From the human T2T-CHM13v2.0 reference genome, Homo sapiens: 64,000 nt of DNA. The notes beneath the pieces were generated by a model. The model was not told the origin of the DNA. It saw nothing but the letters and a program-made list of their open reading frames with translations, and made no database searches. The position numbers and the translations under genes were made by a program. Positions 15,369-28,604 of the stretch are shown one piece after another; within the stretch, counting starts at the first letter, position 1, and each line of letters starts with the position of its first letter. Location: assembly GCF_009914755.1 (NCBI RefSeq), contig NC_060937.1, one strand, 5' to 3'.

Positions 15369-16852
15369 AGATTAGTTGATGTGAGCACAGCTTAAGAAAA
15401 TGCTTGAAAGCAGGTGACTAGACTTATGTATGACTAACTTCCTTTTAAGAAAACCAAGGGTCTCAGCAAGTACAGTAGTTCCCAGAGTTTTTGATTTCAG
15501 AGATAAACAACATCAAAATAATTGGTAACTGACTTTAGTAACCTCCTTTTGTTATTTTTTGAAAAAGGATACTTAAAAAACACTACAATTTATTGTTACC
15601 ATTGTTTTGGTTTTTTTTTTTCATCAGAAAAAAAAATAGTGAAGGCACAGCCTCACAATTATATATAATTTTTGAAATTAAATACATTCAGGTTCATGAA
15701 AAACTCAGGACATTGTCCTATTTTTTTTTCCTCATTTTATCAGGGTCATTTTTTCATCAACTAGCTGATTCACATAGAAAAATCCTGAAACACATATTAT
15801 TTATCTTCAGAGAAATTCATGTTGATGTTACTAGTTGCATCAAATATCTCAGCCAGACAACATTATTTGTTGAATCTTCCAGGCAGCGGATTTTTTTAAA
15901 AGGGCCTGATTCCTGCCCTTAATAGCAAAAGGGTGCTGTTTTCAGAATAAGTAAACAGGGTATTAAACAAAAGAGAGATGTCCATCTTCTTGAAGAAATA
16001 GTGAAGAAGCAAGACAGCAAGGGGAAATGGCTTGTCGAGTTTCTTTAATATTTAGAAATAATCAAGATCATTTTCAAGGGTCAAGTACTCTCTCCCATTT
16101 TAAGAAAAACTCCTTCATTCAGGGAAATCATTTGAAACTTTAAAGATGTATCAACAAGTACCCCATAAATTTATACAAATAAAAAAGGACATATCAACAG
16201 GTGGCAAACCTGTTAAACACATGGTCTATTATGCAATACTTAATTGATTACTAATATTAATTGTGCACTCATTATATACAAAGTACTCCCCTCGATTCTG
16301 AGGCATGGGGAGAGAGTTGCAAAGATGAATAGGTCCCTATTTCATGGAATTTACAGTTTAGTAATCTGTAGATGGGTAAACAAACCACAATGAGTAGGTC
16401 AATCTAACAGAGGGACTGATCATTTGTTAAAAAGCAAATCGTGGGCTCATATGCAATCCATTATTTTCTTTAAAGAAGAATTAGTGGTCTTTTAAAAAAA
16501 TATGTATGCTTCCTATGATGCATCACAACGACTCTTAGTCTGAACTAAATTTGCAGTCAGCCAGAAGATGTCCCAAATCATGTCCTGACTGCTGATCACA
16601 CAGACTACCACCTGGTTTCAGCTGAAGATTCTTTTAATTGGATTTTTTTCTGTGTTTCTGTTTTTCACTGGATTTTGTTTTTCTCTGTTCCTCTCCCTGG
16701 AGGAAAGTGGAAATTTGGTTACTTTTTTGTGATGGAAGTATACTTTCATTTATTATTATTGTCGTTATTATTATGAATTTTGAAGCCGGACTTTTAAAAG
16801 CCTGGAAGGCTGCGGCGAATGGCATGTGAGAGGGGAGGTTTGCGGGAGGATA

Positions 16853-16866
16853 CCAGCAGGTGGCGC
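16853..16866 (+). promoter_or_regulatory. Candidate CTCF binding site
   Basis: CCAGCAGGTGGCGC fully matches the core consensus CCASYAGRKGGCRS, ~1.5 kb upstream of the inferred TSS. Confidence 0.65.
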
Positions 16867-18346
16867 GTGTCTCCTCCGGGCAGATTAGAATGCTTTGCTC
16901 AGGGCCAAGAATCCCGCAGGAATTAAGGGCAACTATCTGTGCAGTCAATTCAAGTGACACAGATCATGCCATACTTAAGTGCCGAGTCCATGAAGTCACC
17001 AGTTCCAGCCTGTTGTCTAGGCCATCAAACTTATGTATTACCACTTAAAAAACCAGCTCCCCTACTCCAAGGGTTGCATTACTTTCGTGCTTGACACCCC
17101 GACAACCCCGCACCCACCCCCCGACTCATTTTCCCCAAGCCAAGTCGCTCATAGGGGACAATCAAGCCTTAAGAATAGAGCAAAAATAAAGGCCCTGGAA
17201 AGTTGGACATGAAGCTTTAACTTCAGGAAAGGAATGGTATTCTATTAATCGTCCAGCTGGTCTGCCCTTAGGGTGTCAGATGTTCTCTGTCGCCCCTGGT
17301 GTGCCAGCATTGGCCTGGGTGCCACTGGGTGGCTGATGGCAGAATGTGAATTCACTTGCAAGCGGACATGTTCGTTTCCATGCCCCAAAGCGGGAAGAAG
17401 AAGGGCACAAGGAGACTTCGATGGTTCTTTCAGCTCAGACTCGAGCTGTGACTGATTTGCTGTTTGGGGTCACTGGCTTTCTAGCCTCTCCTGGCACCAC
17501 CCAATTTCGGGGAGCAGCCAGCTCATCTTTCTCCTACGACAATGTCTTCTGTCCCCCATAAACACTGCCCTCATTTTGAGTTTTTCTTTCCTATGTCTGT
17601 AGCTTTCTTCTGCCGCTCAGCAAACACTCTGTCCCACTCGTATTCGTCCCTTGGCGCTGGCGTCTGGCCCAGGGGTACACTGTGAAGGAGGGCAACCCTA
17701 GATTCTGAGGGCCCTAGCTCGAATCTAGCGCCCCTCTAACTGCAGGGGTGACCTTAGATACATTTATTAACTTCCTCTGTAGACTCAGGGGAACAACTTT
17801 GGCACTCCTGGGGTCCCTGGATTAATGAGATAACTTACGTAGACTCCCTAAACAAGCGTCTGGTTCATTGTAAGCGCCCAAATGCCAGGGGGCATCTGCA
17901 GGGATGACCCCATAGTGAATGAAAACTGCCTCTTGGGGATCTCTGGGTTAAACGGCCAGAATAAATCGCAGAATTGAGAGAACCCTCTCCTGCCCCAAAC
18001 CTCACTGTACTGTAAATCCCATTCATTGCCTCCCGCCGTTTTATCCGTGTTCTCAGACCACCCCCCTATCCCCGCAACCTCCAGTCCCCTAAAGCCTCCT
18101 GGGCGGCAAAAGGACGCCCAGAGAGAGGTTCGGCGCCTCAGTTGCCCCGGAGCAGACGTCCAGCCCCGCCGTGTACCCGATTGCGGGGCGGATCGCGGCA
18201 AGGCGGCGGCGGCCGGCAGAATAGGCGCGGAGGAAGGCTCAGGCGGGGCAGACTGCGTGGGGGAAGGAGGAGGAGAGAGCAGACGGCGGAGGAGGGCAGA
18301 GCAGCCGGGGGGAGGGCGCAGGGGCGGGAGGAGACACATGCGCGCT

Positions 18347-18367
18347 GCCGCCGCCGCCGCCGCCGCC
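18347..18367 (+). repeat. (GCC)7 trinucleotide repeat at the promoter/5' UTR boundary
   Basis: Seven GCC units read directly, followed by GCA. Confidence 0.95.
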
Positions 18368-18594
18368 GCAGTCCTTAGCTTCCCGGGGACAGGAAACCTT
18401 CAAGACCGAGCTGCCACGGCCGCCTCCCCGCCCGCCCCCCATTCTACGCGCCTGCCCACACCCTCCTCCCCTCCTTCCAGCGCCTTTCGGTGGAGCACTG
18501 CGGCACTCAGCCCGAGCTGCCGTTTTCCCCTCGCGGGGAACGCTGTGACCCCCCCGCAGGAGCGGCGGGGCGGGGTGGGGGGGCCCGGGAGAAG
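18368..18594 (+). other. LRCH1: Probable LRCH1 5' UTR (TSS inferred near the Inr-like CGCAGT at ~18367-18372)
   Basis: Initiator-like sequence directly after the GCC repeat and GC boxes, with no ATG between there and 18595. The TSS position is inferred. Confidence 0.55.
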
Positions 18595-18901
18595 ATGGCG
18601 ACGCCGGGAAGCGAACCCCAACCTTTCGTCCCGGCCCTTTCGGTAGCTACTCTGCACCCACTTCATCATCCCCACCACCACCACCACCACCATCAGCACC
18701 ACGGAGGAACCGGCGCCCCCGGCGGGGCGGGTGGTGGCGGCGGTGGCAGCGGGGGCTTCAACCTGCCCTTGAACCGGGGTCTGGAGCGCGCGCTTGAGGA
18801 GGCGGCCAACTCCGGGGGGCTGAACCTGAGCGCCAGGAAATTGAAGGAATTTCCCCGTACCGCAGCCCCCGGGCATGACCTCTCGGACACGGTGCAGGCA
18901 G
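18595..18901 (+). CDS. LRCH1: LRCH1 coding exon 1 (leucine-rich repeat and calponin homology domain protein 1), N-terminal 102 codons + 1 nt
   Basis: Translates to MATPGSEPQPFVPALSVATLHPLHHPHHHHHHHQHHGGTGAPGGAGGGGGGSGGFNLPLNRGLERALEEAANSGGLNLSARKLKEFPRTAAPGHDLSDTVQA, which I recognise as the LRCH1 N-terminus leading into the LRR cap. Strong Kozak context (aagATGg). Ends at consensus donor CAG|GTGAGT (GT 18902-18903), phase 1. Confidence 0.96.
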
Positions 18902-21759
18902 GTGAGTGAGGGCCGAGGGGCGGGCAGGGGTGTGGGTGCTGTCTGGGTGTCTGTCGTGCGTTCCCTAACGCGGTGGACAGTCGGAGATCTTGTCTTGCTG
19001 GGGGAGGGAGGGTCCATCGGCCCGTTGTCTCCCGAAGAAGGGACTCGCGTGGGCGCGGAAGAAGCGGGCCCTGGAGAGGGCACGGGGGCCCTGCCTGGTC
19101 CGGCGATGCAGTGCCAGGAGGGCAGGGGTGCGCCGGGCCTCTGCGCCTGAGAGCGAGGGGTCTCCGGCTCTCCACCCTGTGGCTGCCGCGCCAGGGAAGT
19201 AACCGCGGGGCTGGGACTTGCAGGCGCGCCGCGTGCGCGCAGTGTAAGTGGGAGGTTTCAGGCGGCTGTGTCGGCTTCCTGGGCCCCGCGCAGGGCTGGG
19301 AACTCCAGCGCGGACAGCGGCGTCGGCGCCTCCAACCAGTTCAAGCCGTCTTTGCATCGAGGCGTAGCCCATCCTGGTGGGGAAACCCAGACAAAGGTGG
19401 CACGCCCTCGGCCGAGCCAGGGGCATCGGCGCAGTGCCGCGAGCCCCCTCGGCGACATCGCCGAGCGATCGGGCAACTCGGTGCCGCCTGTGAGGTGCCC
19501 AAGTTTCCTCTCCCTGCGCTTGTGCGGGAAAAGAGCCGCCGGGCTTGTAGTGAATCCCAGTCGGCTGCCGCTTCGGAAGCGATCGGCCCTCTTCCTTCCG
19601 TGCCTTTTGCTCACCGCCCACACAGTTTGGGTCCTACCACCGAGGCTACCTGGTTCTCAGTTACCCAACCGTTGCGGGGGCCCCAGGAAAGGACGGCGTG
19701 GCATATTAAAGGCAAAGTAATTAACGTGAGCCTGTTTTCCTGTGTGAGCCCGGCAAGTTGTAACTCGCGCCAATAAGCAGCATAACTTTTTCAAGTTACG
19801 TCATGTGTTACATACTTCTAAAACGTCTGCTTTCTCTTTGGTAGTTGGAGTTCCAGGAGCGGGATCTATAAACAGGAAGGAGGGTGGTGGAATAGGATTG
19901 GGGCCTTAGGGTCTATACAGAACTGACTTGGTTTCCGGCCATCCGGTTCCGCTCCCTGGGGGAGGGTTTGTGTCATAGCAAGCGCCCAACATTTCCCAGG
20001 GCAGTGGGTGCTCCGTTTTGGAGCCGCTGCCCAGACCTCTTGGCTGTCATCGCCTCATGGCCCAGGGTCAGACCCCCTGGGTCTTGGATGGGTTGACTCT
20101 CATCACAGGAGCACCCAGTTTAATCTTGTAGTGGGCAAGGGAGCAGGCAGTGGGTTTTTGGAGGCTAGGTTTCCAGTGTCTTTTCCCCCTTTTAATTCAA
20201 TAAACATTTATCTAGAGCCTTAATGAATATTTAGATACAGTTCTGAGTTCACTGGAGGCAAAGATGGCTCTCCAGGGTCATTAAACTTTGTAATTTGGAT
20301 TTAGGGATAGTCAGGAATCGGCAAAAAAGAGGGAATTTCCAAAGTTGAGCTGTCAACAGCTGGGGAGTGTCTTTCAATAAGACCTCTTAGTTACATCTTC
20401 TCAAGTGGAACTTATTCCAAGAATTGCCTGAATCACTGACTTAAAAAACTACATTAAATTTTACTTCCCTTCTGCTATAGAGTGTACCGTGAGCTAGCTA
20501 TGCTATGGTTGGCTATATCTGCAGAAAATAGAGCTGGCATGACTAATAATAATAGGTTTGTGTAGTTCAGTAAGGGGGCTTCATAGTTGTTCTACTTCAG
20601 TTATGCTAAGGATTATTTACAAAGTTAGGTGAACTTGATGTGTCTGCTGTGTTGGCATTTCTTTGAGAAGACCAGTGCTTTTAGGGATCACATCTTTTAG
20701 CTAAGACCTCGCCATGTGAAGTGGATGCTGAAAGTGTTCTTGTTGGCTTGTTTATGGCAAGCTTAAGTTGTGAGTTTTGCAGGTTTTTATTTATGAGCTC
20801 ACTTGCACATGTTTTATGCTCAGGAAAATCTAACTGGTTAAAATTCAGAGGCTTTATGTTAATTCCTCATCCAAAAATACAGTATTATTTGGGGGAAGAG
20901 GAGTGGAGGGATATTCATGTTTGTAGAAACTTAAGTCAACCCCATCAGAAAAGTATTCATTGCAGCTAGTTATTTTACATGAAATTAGAATACCCAAATG
21001 TATTAAATATTTGCTTCTGCAAAACGTCTTTGCCTCAGGTCAAAAGCTAGGTGTAAACCACATGTACTCTTTGTTCTAAAGATAAATTTAATTGAGCACA
21101 GTTTCTTATTTGAGAGACCAGAAAGCAAAATAAAGAGTTAAAGTTACCTCCGGTGTACACAGTGTTGACACAGCGTACATGTAAGAGTTCTAGTACAGTT
21201 GAAAGTTTGAGTAGTAACATTTATAATAAAGATAGTGGTTTCTCCTTGACTCATATTTACTTTAAGAATGTCTCTTAAAATTAGAATGGCATATGAAGAT
21301 CCTTAAAGGCCTAAGAGGCAAAGTGGATTTTTTTTTCCATATATTTTCTAAGACAGGGAGTGGTAGAGCAAGCTTTTTCTCACAGTTTTGTTGTATATTA
21401 CAGGCCATTTGGTTTACGCCTTGTAAAAAGTCAGGCTTCTGGCAGCCACCTGTGCAGAACTGCACCTGGGCAATATAGCCCATCTGAACAGAGTGGAAAA
21501 CCAAGATGTAAACAAAGAAACATAGAATAGATGTCTAAGCTGTCACTCAAGTGCATATACTTTATTGATAGGAAAAAATTCAAGCTCTCATTTTGAGCCT
21601 ATTAATTTACTTCTATTTGAATCAAAATAAGTTTTGTTGTCAGAGTCTAGTCTTTTAATAGGTGAAACGGGGAAAGAAAGACTGATCCACGCAGGTGCAG
21701 TGAGTGACACAGGTGTCACTGATGGAAAGGGACAAAACAGAAGAGCCACTATCAGCACT

Positions 21760-22150
21760 GGGTGCGCCTCTCTATGCGTTATCTGCATGATCTTAGTCCC
21801 CACTAGGAGCCCAGTCATACCCTCATTTATACATGGGAAGACTGAGACAGAGACAAGTTACATAATATGCTGAAGATTATACCTCTACTGAGATGGTCAA
21901 CCGGTGATTGGAACCCTGGCAGCCTCACGTTAATTCATGTTCTTGACCATATTCTCATCAAGCAGAGGGAAGGGGTTGAGAGATAGAATCTGGGAGGCTT
22001 CCTGGAAATTCATTCAACCAGCATTGATTCCACAAGAATGTACTGAGCCCCTCTGAGTGCTGGCCACTGATCTAGGCACTGGGGACACAACAGTGACCAA
22101 AAGAGAATCCCTGTATCCCTTCTTGTGGAGTTCATTCTAGTTGGAGAATA
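21760..22150 (-). mobile_element. MIR and L2 fragments
   Basis: CCTCATTTATACATGGGAAGACTGAGACAGAGA (MIR-like). ATTCATTCAACC...CTAGGCACTGGGGACACAACAGTGACCAAAA (L2 3' end-like). Confidence 0.6.
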
Positions 22151-22623
22151 GAGAGATACATGAATAAATTGATTTTGCAGGATAAATAGGATGAGTTACA
22201 GGATAGATGGAATATCTTTGTTTTATAAATACACAGATTGCTTTGTATTGACTTCAGGTGGCTTGTAGCAAGAGTATAAATGATGACTAGTAATACATAT
22301 AATCTGAAGCATAAAATTGGGCCAAAGAAAAACAAGTACACAAATTTGCATATGAGTAAAGCAAATTTTTTTTTTTTTTGGTGCTGATTTATTAAGTAGT
22401 GTCGTTTTGAATGAAGAAGTTCAAAAGGGTATTTTGTACAATTAAAAGTGAATTGAAAAGGAGTAAGAAAAGAAAGTGGCTGATTGCAGGAGGTTCTAGA
22501 AAATAAAAAAGAAGCCCTTAGACTTGGCATGCAGGACACTTGTTGAAAGTCTTGTTAAGGAAAGTGGGGAATATTTCATTGCTAATTATCTTTTTGAGTT
22601 GGCTCTAAGCAGGAAAGACTATG

Positions 22624-23265
22624 GGCCAGGCACTGTGGCTCACACCTGTAATCCCAGCACTTTGGGAGGCCTAGGTGGAAGGACCACTTGACCCCAGGAG
22701 TTTGAGAACGGTCTGGGCAATATAGTGAGACCCCATCTCTACGAAAAATAAAATATTAGGCCAGGCACGATAGCTCACTCCTGTAACGCCTGCACTTTGG
22801 GAGGCCAAGGTGGGTGGATCACCTGAGGTCAGGAGTTTGAGACCAGCCTGACCAACATGGTAAAACCTCATCTCTACTGAAAATACAAACATTAGCCGGG
22901 CATGGTGGCATGTGCCTGTAATCTCAGCTACTCAGGAGGCTGAGGTGGGAGAATCACTTGAACCCAGGAGGCGGAGGTTGCAGTGAGCTGAGGTTGCAGT
23001 GAGCTGAGGTCGCACCACTGCATGCCAGCCTGGGCGACAGAGAGAGACTCCATCTCAAAAAATGAATGAATAAATAAGTAAATAAAATAAAAAATTAGGC
23101 GGGTGTGGTGGCGCATGCCTGTAGTTCCAGCTATGCGGACGGCTGAGGTGGGAAGCCCATAGGTTGAGGCTGCAGTGAAAGCCATGATCGCGCCACTGCA
23201 CTCCAGCCTACGTGACAGAGTGAGACCCTGCCTTAAACAAACAAACAAACAAACAAACAAAACAA
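22624..23265 (+). mobile_element. Nested Alus: an AluS (22759-~23085) inserted into the A-rich linker of an older AluJ-like element
   Basis: A left arm (22624-22757), a complete dimer, then an orphan right arm (~23095-23265) with J-type GAGGCTGCAGTG...CCATGATC. Confidence 0.85.
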
Positions 23266-23488
23266 AGACTATGTGGGAAACAAAGAGCTTACTCAGGGAA
23301 GAATATTGAAGTGCAGCATTAAAAATACCCATTTATGTGTGAGGGAAGAGTTCTGTAGGAGATGCAAAGTATAAGACAATACAGGAATACATGAGATGCT
23401 AAATAACAGTTCCAGGAAGCCACTGAGGCCCAAGGCAGGTCAAGGTGAGGTGCCAAGTAGCACTGATGGACATTGTGTGTAGAATTCA

Positions 23489-24056
<568 letters not shown>

Positions 24057-27000
24057 CTACCCAACTCCTGCCTTATAATGGAGTAAAGGCTACAGGGCTC
24101 TTATGACCCTTTAATTGAGGACTCCGGAAATGGCTGAAGCCTAGGATTTGTCAGCCTGTGGGAATAACACCCTAGCTCTGTGTGATCTGGCTCTCTCAAA
24201 TGTCTGTACAGATTCAAAGGATCTTCTCTGAGATTTGTGGGTGGTTTTATCTCTTGAAGGCTGACTTCCACACCCTATTCCCATCCTAAAGCAATGGAGT
24301 CCTTGGGATGTTAGCACTCTTTAGTCGTTGGAATTCACAGAAGACTTGATAACAAAATCTAGTCATTTTCAACAACTTAACTTTATTTCATAATTTTTGC
24401 CATCAATATGTTTCACTATAAATATAATAAAATTTTTGAAATCACATGTGTTTCCTTAAAATGTATGTTCTTTTATAGTTATATCCAGTTTTGAATTATC
24501 GTTCTGCTATTGAATTAAATTTGGTAGTTTTTAACATACCTGTTGCTTTTTGTGGTGGTTACTATCAGATAAATGCCTTTGTTTATTACATGTATTCTAA
24601 ATATTCTTCCATTCATAAACTATGATTCATATCCTTTTCTTTCCTATTACTATTGTTTTTTCTTCCCTGTTAAGGTATAGATAAATTCCAACATCAAACA
24701 AAAGCTTTTGGAACAACTCAGACAATATCTGTAGTGGTTCTGAATCACGTCTAGATGGGCCCTTCCACATGTCTGTGGTATATGGCAAAAACAGTCTCCA
24801 CAAACCTACATGCTATTCTCATTGCTTGCATTACAGGCTGCTTTCTTGAAAAGGCAAGGACATACTAATCATGCTTCTAGAATAATAGCATACAATTATA
24901 GGCCAGGGAACCTCTGGGAATTTTTGGTCTGTGCCAGTTTATAAAGGAACAGCCCAAGGTTTGACCTTCATCACTGAGATGACTCTACTGGAGAGTTTGT
25001 CAGTCACTGCAACATCTGATTTGATTTTTGGTAGGTGTTTGATACTAGGCCACAAATTAGCACACCCTGTCATTTAAAAATTCTTGTTTAAATTATTGAC
25101 TGAGACTTTTTTTTGTGTGCGTGTGTTACTGTAATGAACTGAAATTTCCCATGGCATGGCATAATAACTCTTTGTAATAAACATTTAAAGGGTAGATACC
25201 TTTTGAAATCCATGTTGACGTCGATTAATTCAGAAGTCAAACTTGTTTTGCCCGTGCTGTCCATCTGGTATATGTACATAGACTTTTTCTATTATATCAT
25301 TCAACTTCATCATTGCTTGTTTAAACACAAGCTATTTTCCTCTTTTGTGTATACATTTCTGTTCCCCCATATATATAGACTTTTTATATTTCAGCTGGGC
25401 AGCATTTACTTGCTCTTAATGTCTCCCCATAATTTCCCTTCAGGTGTGGTACTGCATGTGCTTTTTCAAAGCCTTGATAATTTAAATGGCAGAAATGCTA
25501 TTATTAACTCCATATAAGGTGGTTATGGGTTTGTCACTCAGGCCATGTGTAACTTGAATTTTTGTCTAAGCCTCAGAAAAACCTGTTTGTGAGGCCACTT
25601 TTCAGAATTTCTTGGGCTTTTTGGAAAATTGAACGTCTGTCTTGGATATTGGCTTGAGCTTAGATATGGCAATTCCACCAGTGATTATTTCAGTGATTGT
25701 GTGAATTGTTAGAATTAAGATAATTTGGTGTTAATTGCAGTGATTATTTCAAGTTATAAGATTGTAATCTATTATAAACGTGTTAAGGATGGAAGGCACA
25801 AAACCCAACTATTTTTCCATAGTGAATAATCTTTTTTAATGCCCAACTCATAGGAAGCCTAGCTTCTGTTATTGCTACTAGTCTTTTGTTGCATGAAAGA
25901 TTTTTGTTTTTGCATCAGAATTTTGCCATGATATTTCAGAGAGTAAGAAAAGAAAAAAAGAAAAGAAAGGTCAGGGTTCCAAGTCAGACTTAATGTAGGA
26001 AAACTAGGCATTCTAATATAGACTCAAACATGAAATATGCCTGTGTTATTCTTCATCCTAATTTAAGAGTTTAGTGATATTGCTTCCATATTCTGCAGTA
26101 AGAAATAGTACATTTGGAAACCATCTCCTCCCATAAAGTAATTCAAAAATAAAGTGAGATTGTTTACATGAATAGAAAGTTGATGAACTGTGAGAATTGG
26201 GGCTTCCCTTGCTTACTCCAGCCATGCAATAGAAGGGAAATGCTTTTATAGTCAGATTTCTGTTCACTGTTTTTCCTAACCATATCCTCCTTCACTGGCC
26301 ATAAAGGAGGATATAGCTGGAGAAAAAAATCAGAGAAGAACAGTATGTTTGATTTGCATAACAGAAATACTTCATATTTTGCTTGGTAAGAAATTATTGC
26401 TTCTCTGTTAATATGATGCTGGTGCTGAGGCAGCTCAACTGACTATACCTGAAATTCTTACCGAACATTTTTAAGTAATCGGGGACAGGTTATTTGATTT
26501 TGGGATCTTCCTAGATGTTTGTTTTTCTTCCTTCTGCTGTTTGCTTTTTTCCCTCAGTCCCTCTGCTGGAGGGGGACCTAACACAGGTGTGGGATGAAAC
26601 TGAGCAGGAGCCTTCTAGCTCAGTGTGTCTTGAATTTCCTTTCCACTGTTCTTGCCAAATGGGCAGAAAGTGGCCCCCATCTTAGTTTTTCTAATCTTCT
26701 GGCTTCTCATGTGGACTTGCTTTTGACAGCTGACCCCTGCAGTGTGGTATGTATAGCTTTGGCACACGATGTGTTCCTCTGTTATTCTTCCCTATTTTTG
26801 ATGTTTATGCCATACAGCGTGAGAAGTAGCATCAATATTTCTGATCTGGTTCAGTCAGCTTAGCTCTGATTTAACTACTTTATCTCTGCAGGCAATGGTG
26901 GCAATTCAAAGACAGCACCATCAACACACTGCTTGGCTTGCCCTTCCTCTGGATTGCCTTCATTTTGCTTTTCCAAGTCATTTACCTCATGTCCCTTCTC

Positions 27001-27476
27001 CTCCCTGTTCTGTAGGATTCTACTGACCCCACTCTCATTTCATCTGGGCCCCCAGCCTGTCAAAACAAACAGCCTCCCTATCAGCCCTTTCTTGCAGATG
27101 TCAGCACTGAATCATACATGACCTTAAGCCATCTTTGCATTATTTCCTTATGGCATTTTTTGTTTTATTGCCTTCCTCTGATACTTTCCCTATGTTTAAC
27201 CTTTTTGCTCCTTCACTGGCCTGTGAGATTTGGCTAGACGGGACTTTTCCTGATTTTTGTATGGCTTCCATGCCCAGGACAGAAAATGCTAGAAAAACAT
27301 TGATGGATTACTCTCTTTCCTCTTTCCTACACTTGGTCTCTGCATTTTTCATCCATCATCTTGGATCTACCCTGAAGTTATCCCCTACTTGTGCATAGTT
27401 TGCTGATCTGCTCAGATTTTCCTGTGAGAGCTGATTTTTCTCACATAGCCTCTTTTTACTTCTCAGTGTCATCCAC

Positions 27477-27877
27477 TGTATTAGTCTGCTAGGGGCACCA
27501 TGACAATATTCCTCAGACTGGGTGGCTTAGACAACAGAAATTAATTTTCCCATAGCTCTGGAGGCTGGAAGTCCAAGATCAAGGTGTCGGCAGGTTTGAT
27601 TCTCCTGAGGCCTCTCTCTTGGCTTACAGGTGGAGGTTGTCTTCCTGGGTCTTCACAGGCCGTTCCTTTTTATACACAAATCCTTGTTGTCCCTTCCTGA
27701 GCCCAAATTTCCTCTTCTTATAAGGGTATCAGTGAGATTGGATTGGGACCCACCCATAGGACCTCATGTAATCTTCATTACTTCTTTAAAGACTTTGTCT
27801 CTAAATACAGTCACATTCTGAGGTGCTAGGGGTTAGTGCTTCCATTACTTTTGGGGGTCATAATTCAGCCCATAACG
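27477..27877 (-). mobile_element. MaLR solo LTR (MLT1B-like)
   Basis: TGTATTAGTCTGCTAGG...CTCTGGAGGCTGGAAGTCCAAGATCAAGGTG...AATTCAGCCCATAAC. 5-bp TSD TCCAC/CCCAC. Confidence 0.85.
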
Positions 27878-28604
27878 CCCACTGACTCACCCCTGCTGTA
27901 GCTGGTAGCTGGAGTTCCTCCCCCAGCCTGTGTAAACTGATCTTGGACTTGTGTGAGGCTGCCCTCAATGCTGCTCTTGCAGGAGGCCCAAGACAGGTCT
28001 GTTTGTTAACCATCCTGTCCTTGGAATCTAGCCCTGCACACACTAGCTACACCTGCATCCACGCTGAGAGTCCCAATAATGCTCCTGAGCCCTCGAATGT
28101 GCTGTAAAATGGTAAGAGAGCCACATATACACTTACAAATGGATGACTCCGGCTCATCTGGACCCCTCCTCCATCTCTCATAGACTTAGAATCTTTTCGG
28201 TGGTTGGTGGGTCCCTAGAGTCACACTTTATTTTTAGCTAAGGTGGGGTCACTTCTCACCAACATTTGCAAGTGTTCGATAAGCAATGTTACATCTAAAA
28301 TCAAATGAGTTATAGTGAATTCTGAGGGAGATGGGCAGGTGTTTTATAATATCAAATATTGTTTGAAATTAGCAAATGAAAAACTAATCAATATCTTTTG
28401 AGCACTTATTGTGTAAGGAGCATAGCCAAAAATATAAAGGCATAGTTCCACCTAGTTTGAATTGGATGAGGATTAAAGAAATTATGTATTTGAAAGTCCC
28501 TTACACATACAGTACTCCAATTAACAAGTATTATTTCACCAAAGCCTTTCAGCCCTTAGCCAAATGGAATTTCTTCCTTTTTTTTTTAAGTATAGCTTAG
28601 TGAT

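Larger units (their letters stand above)
18050..19750. promoter_or_regulatory. LRCH1: CpG-island promoter of LRCH1 spanning the TSS, exon 1 and the start of intron 1
   Basis: Sharp rise in GC and CpG content. GC boxes (GGGGCGGG ~18321), NRF1-like CATGCGCG ~18337 and GCGTGCGCGCA ~19231, ETS-like CGGAAG ~19574, YY1-type AAGATGGCG over the start codon. No TATA box near the exon. Confidence 0.92.

Noticed and set aside
17848-19776. Many long overlapping ORFs (up to 267 aa) on both strands
   Set aside because: Expected from stop-codon scarcity in a CpG island. Only the LRCH1 frame has a recognisable product and splice donor.
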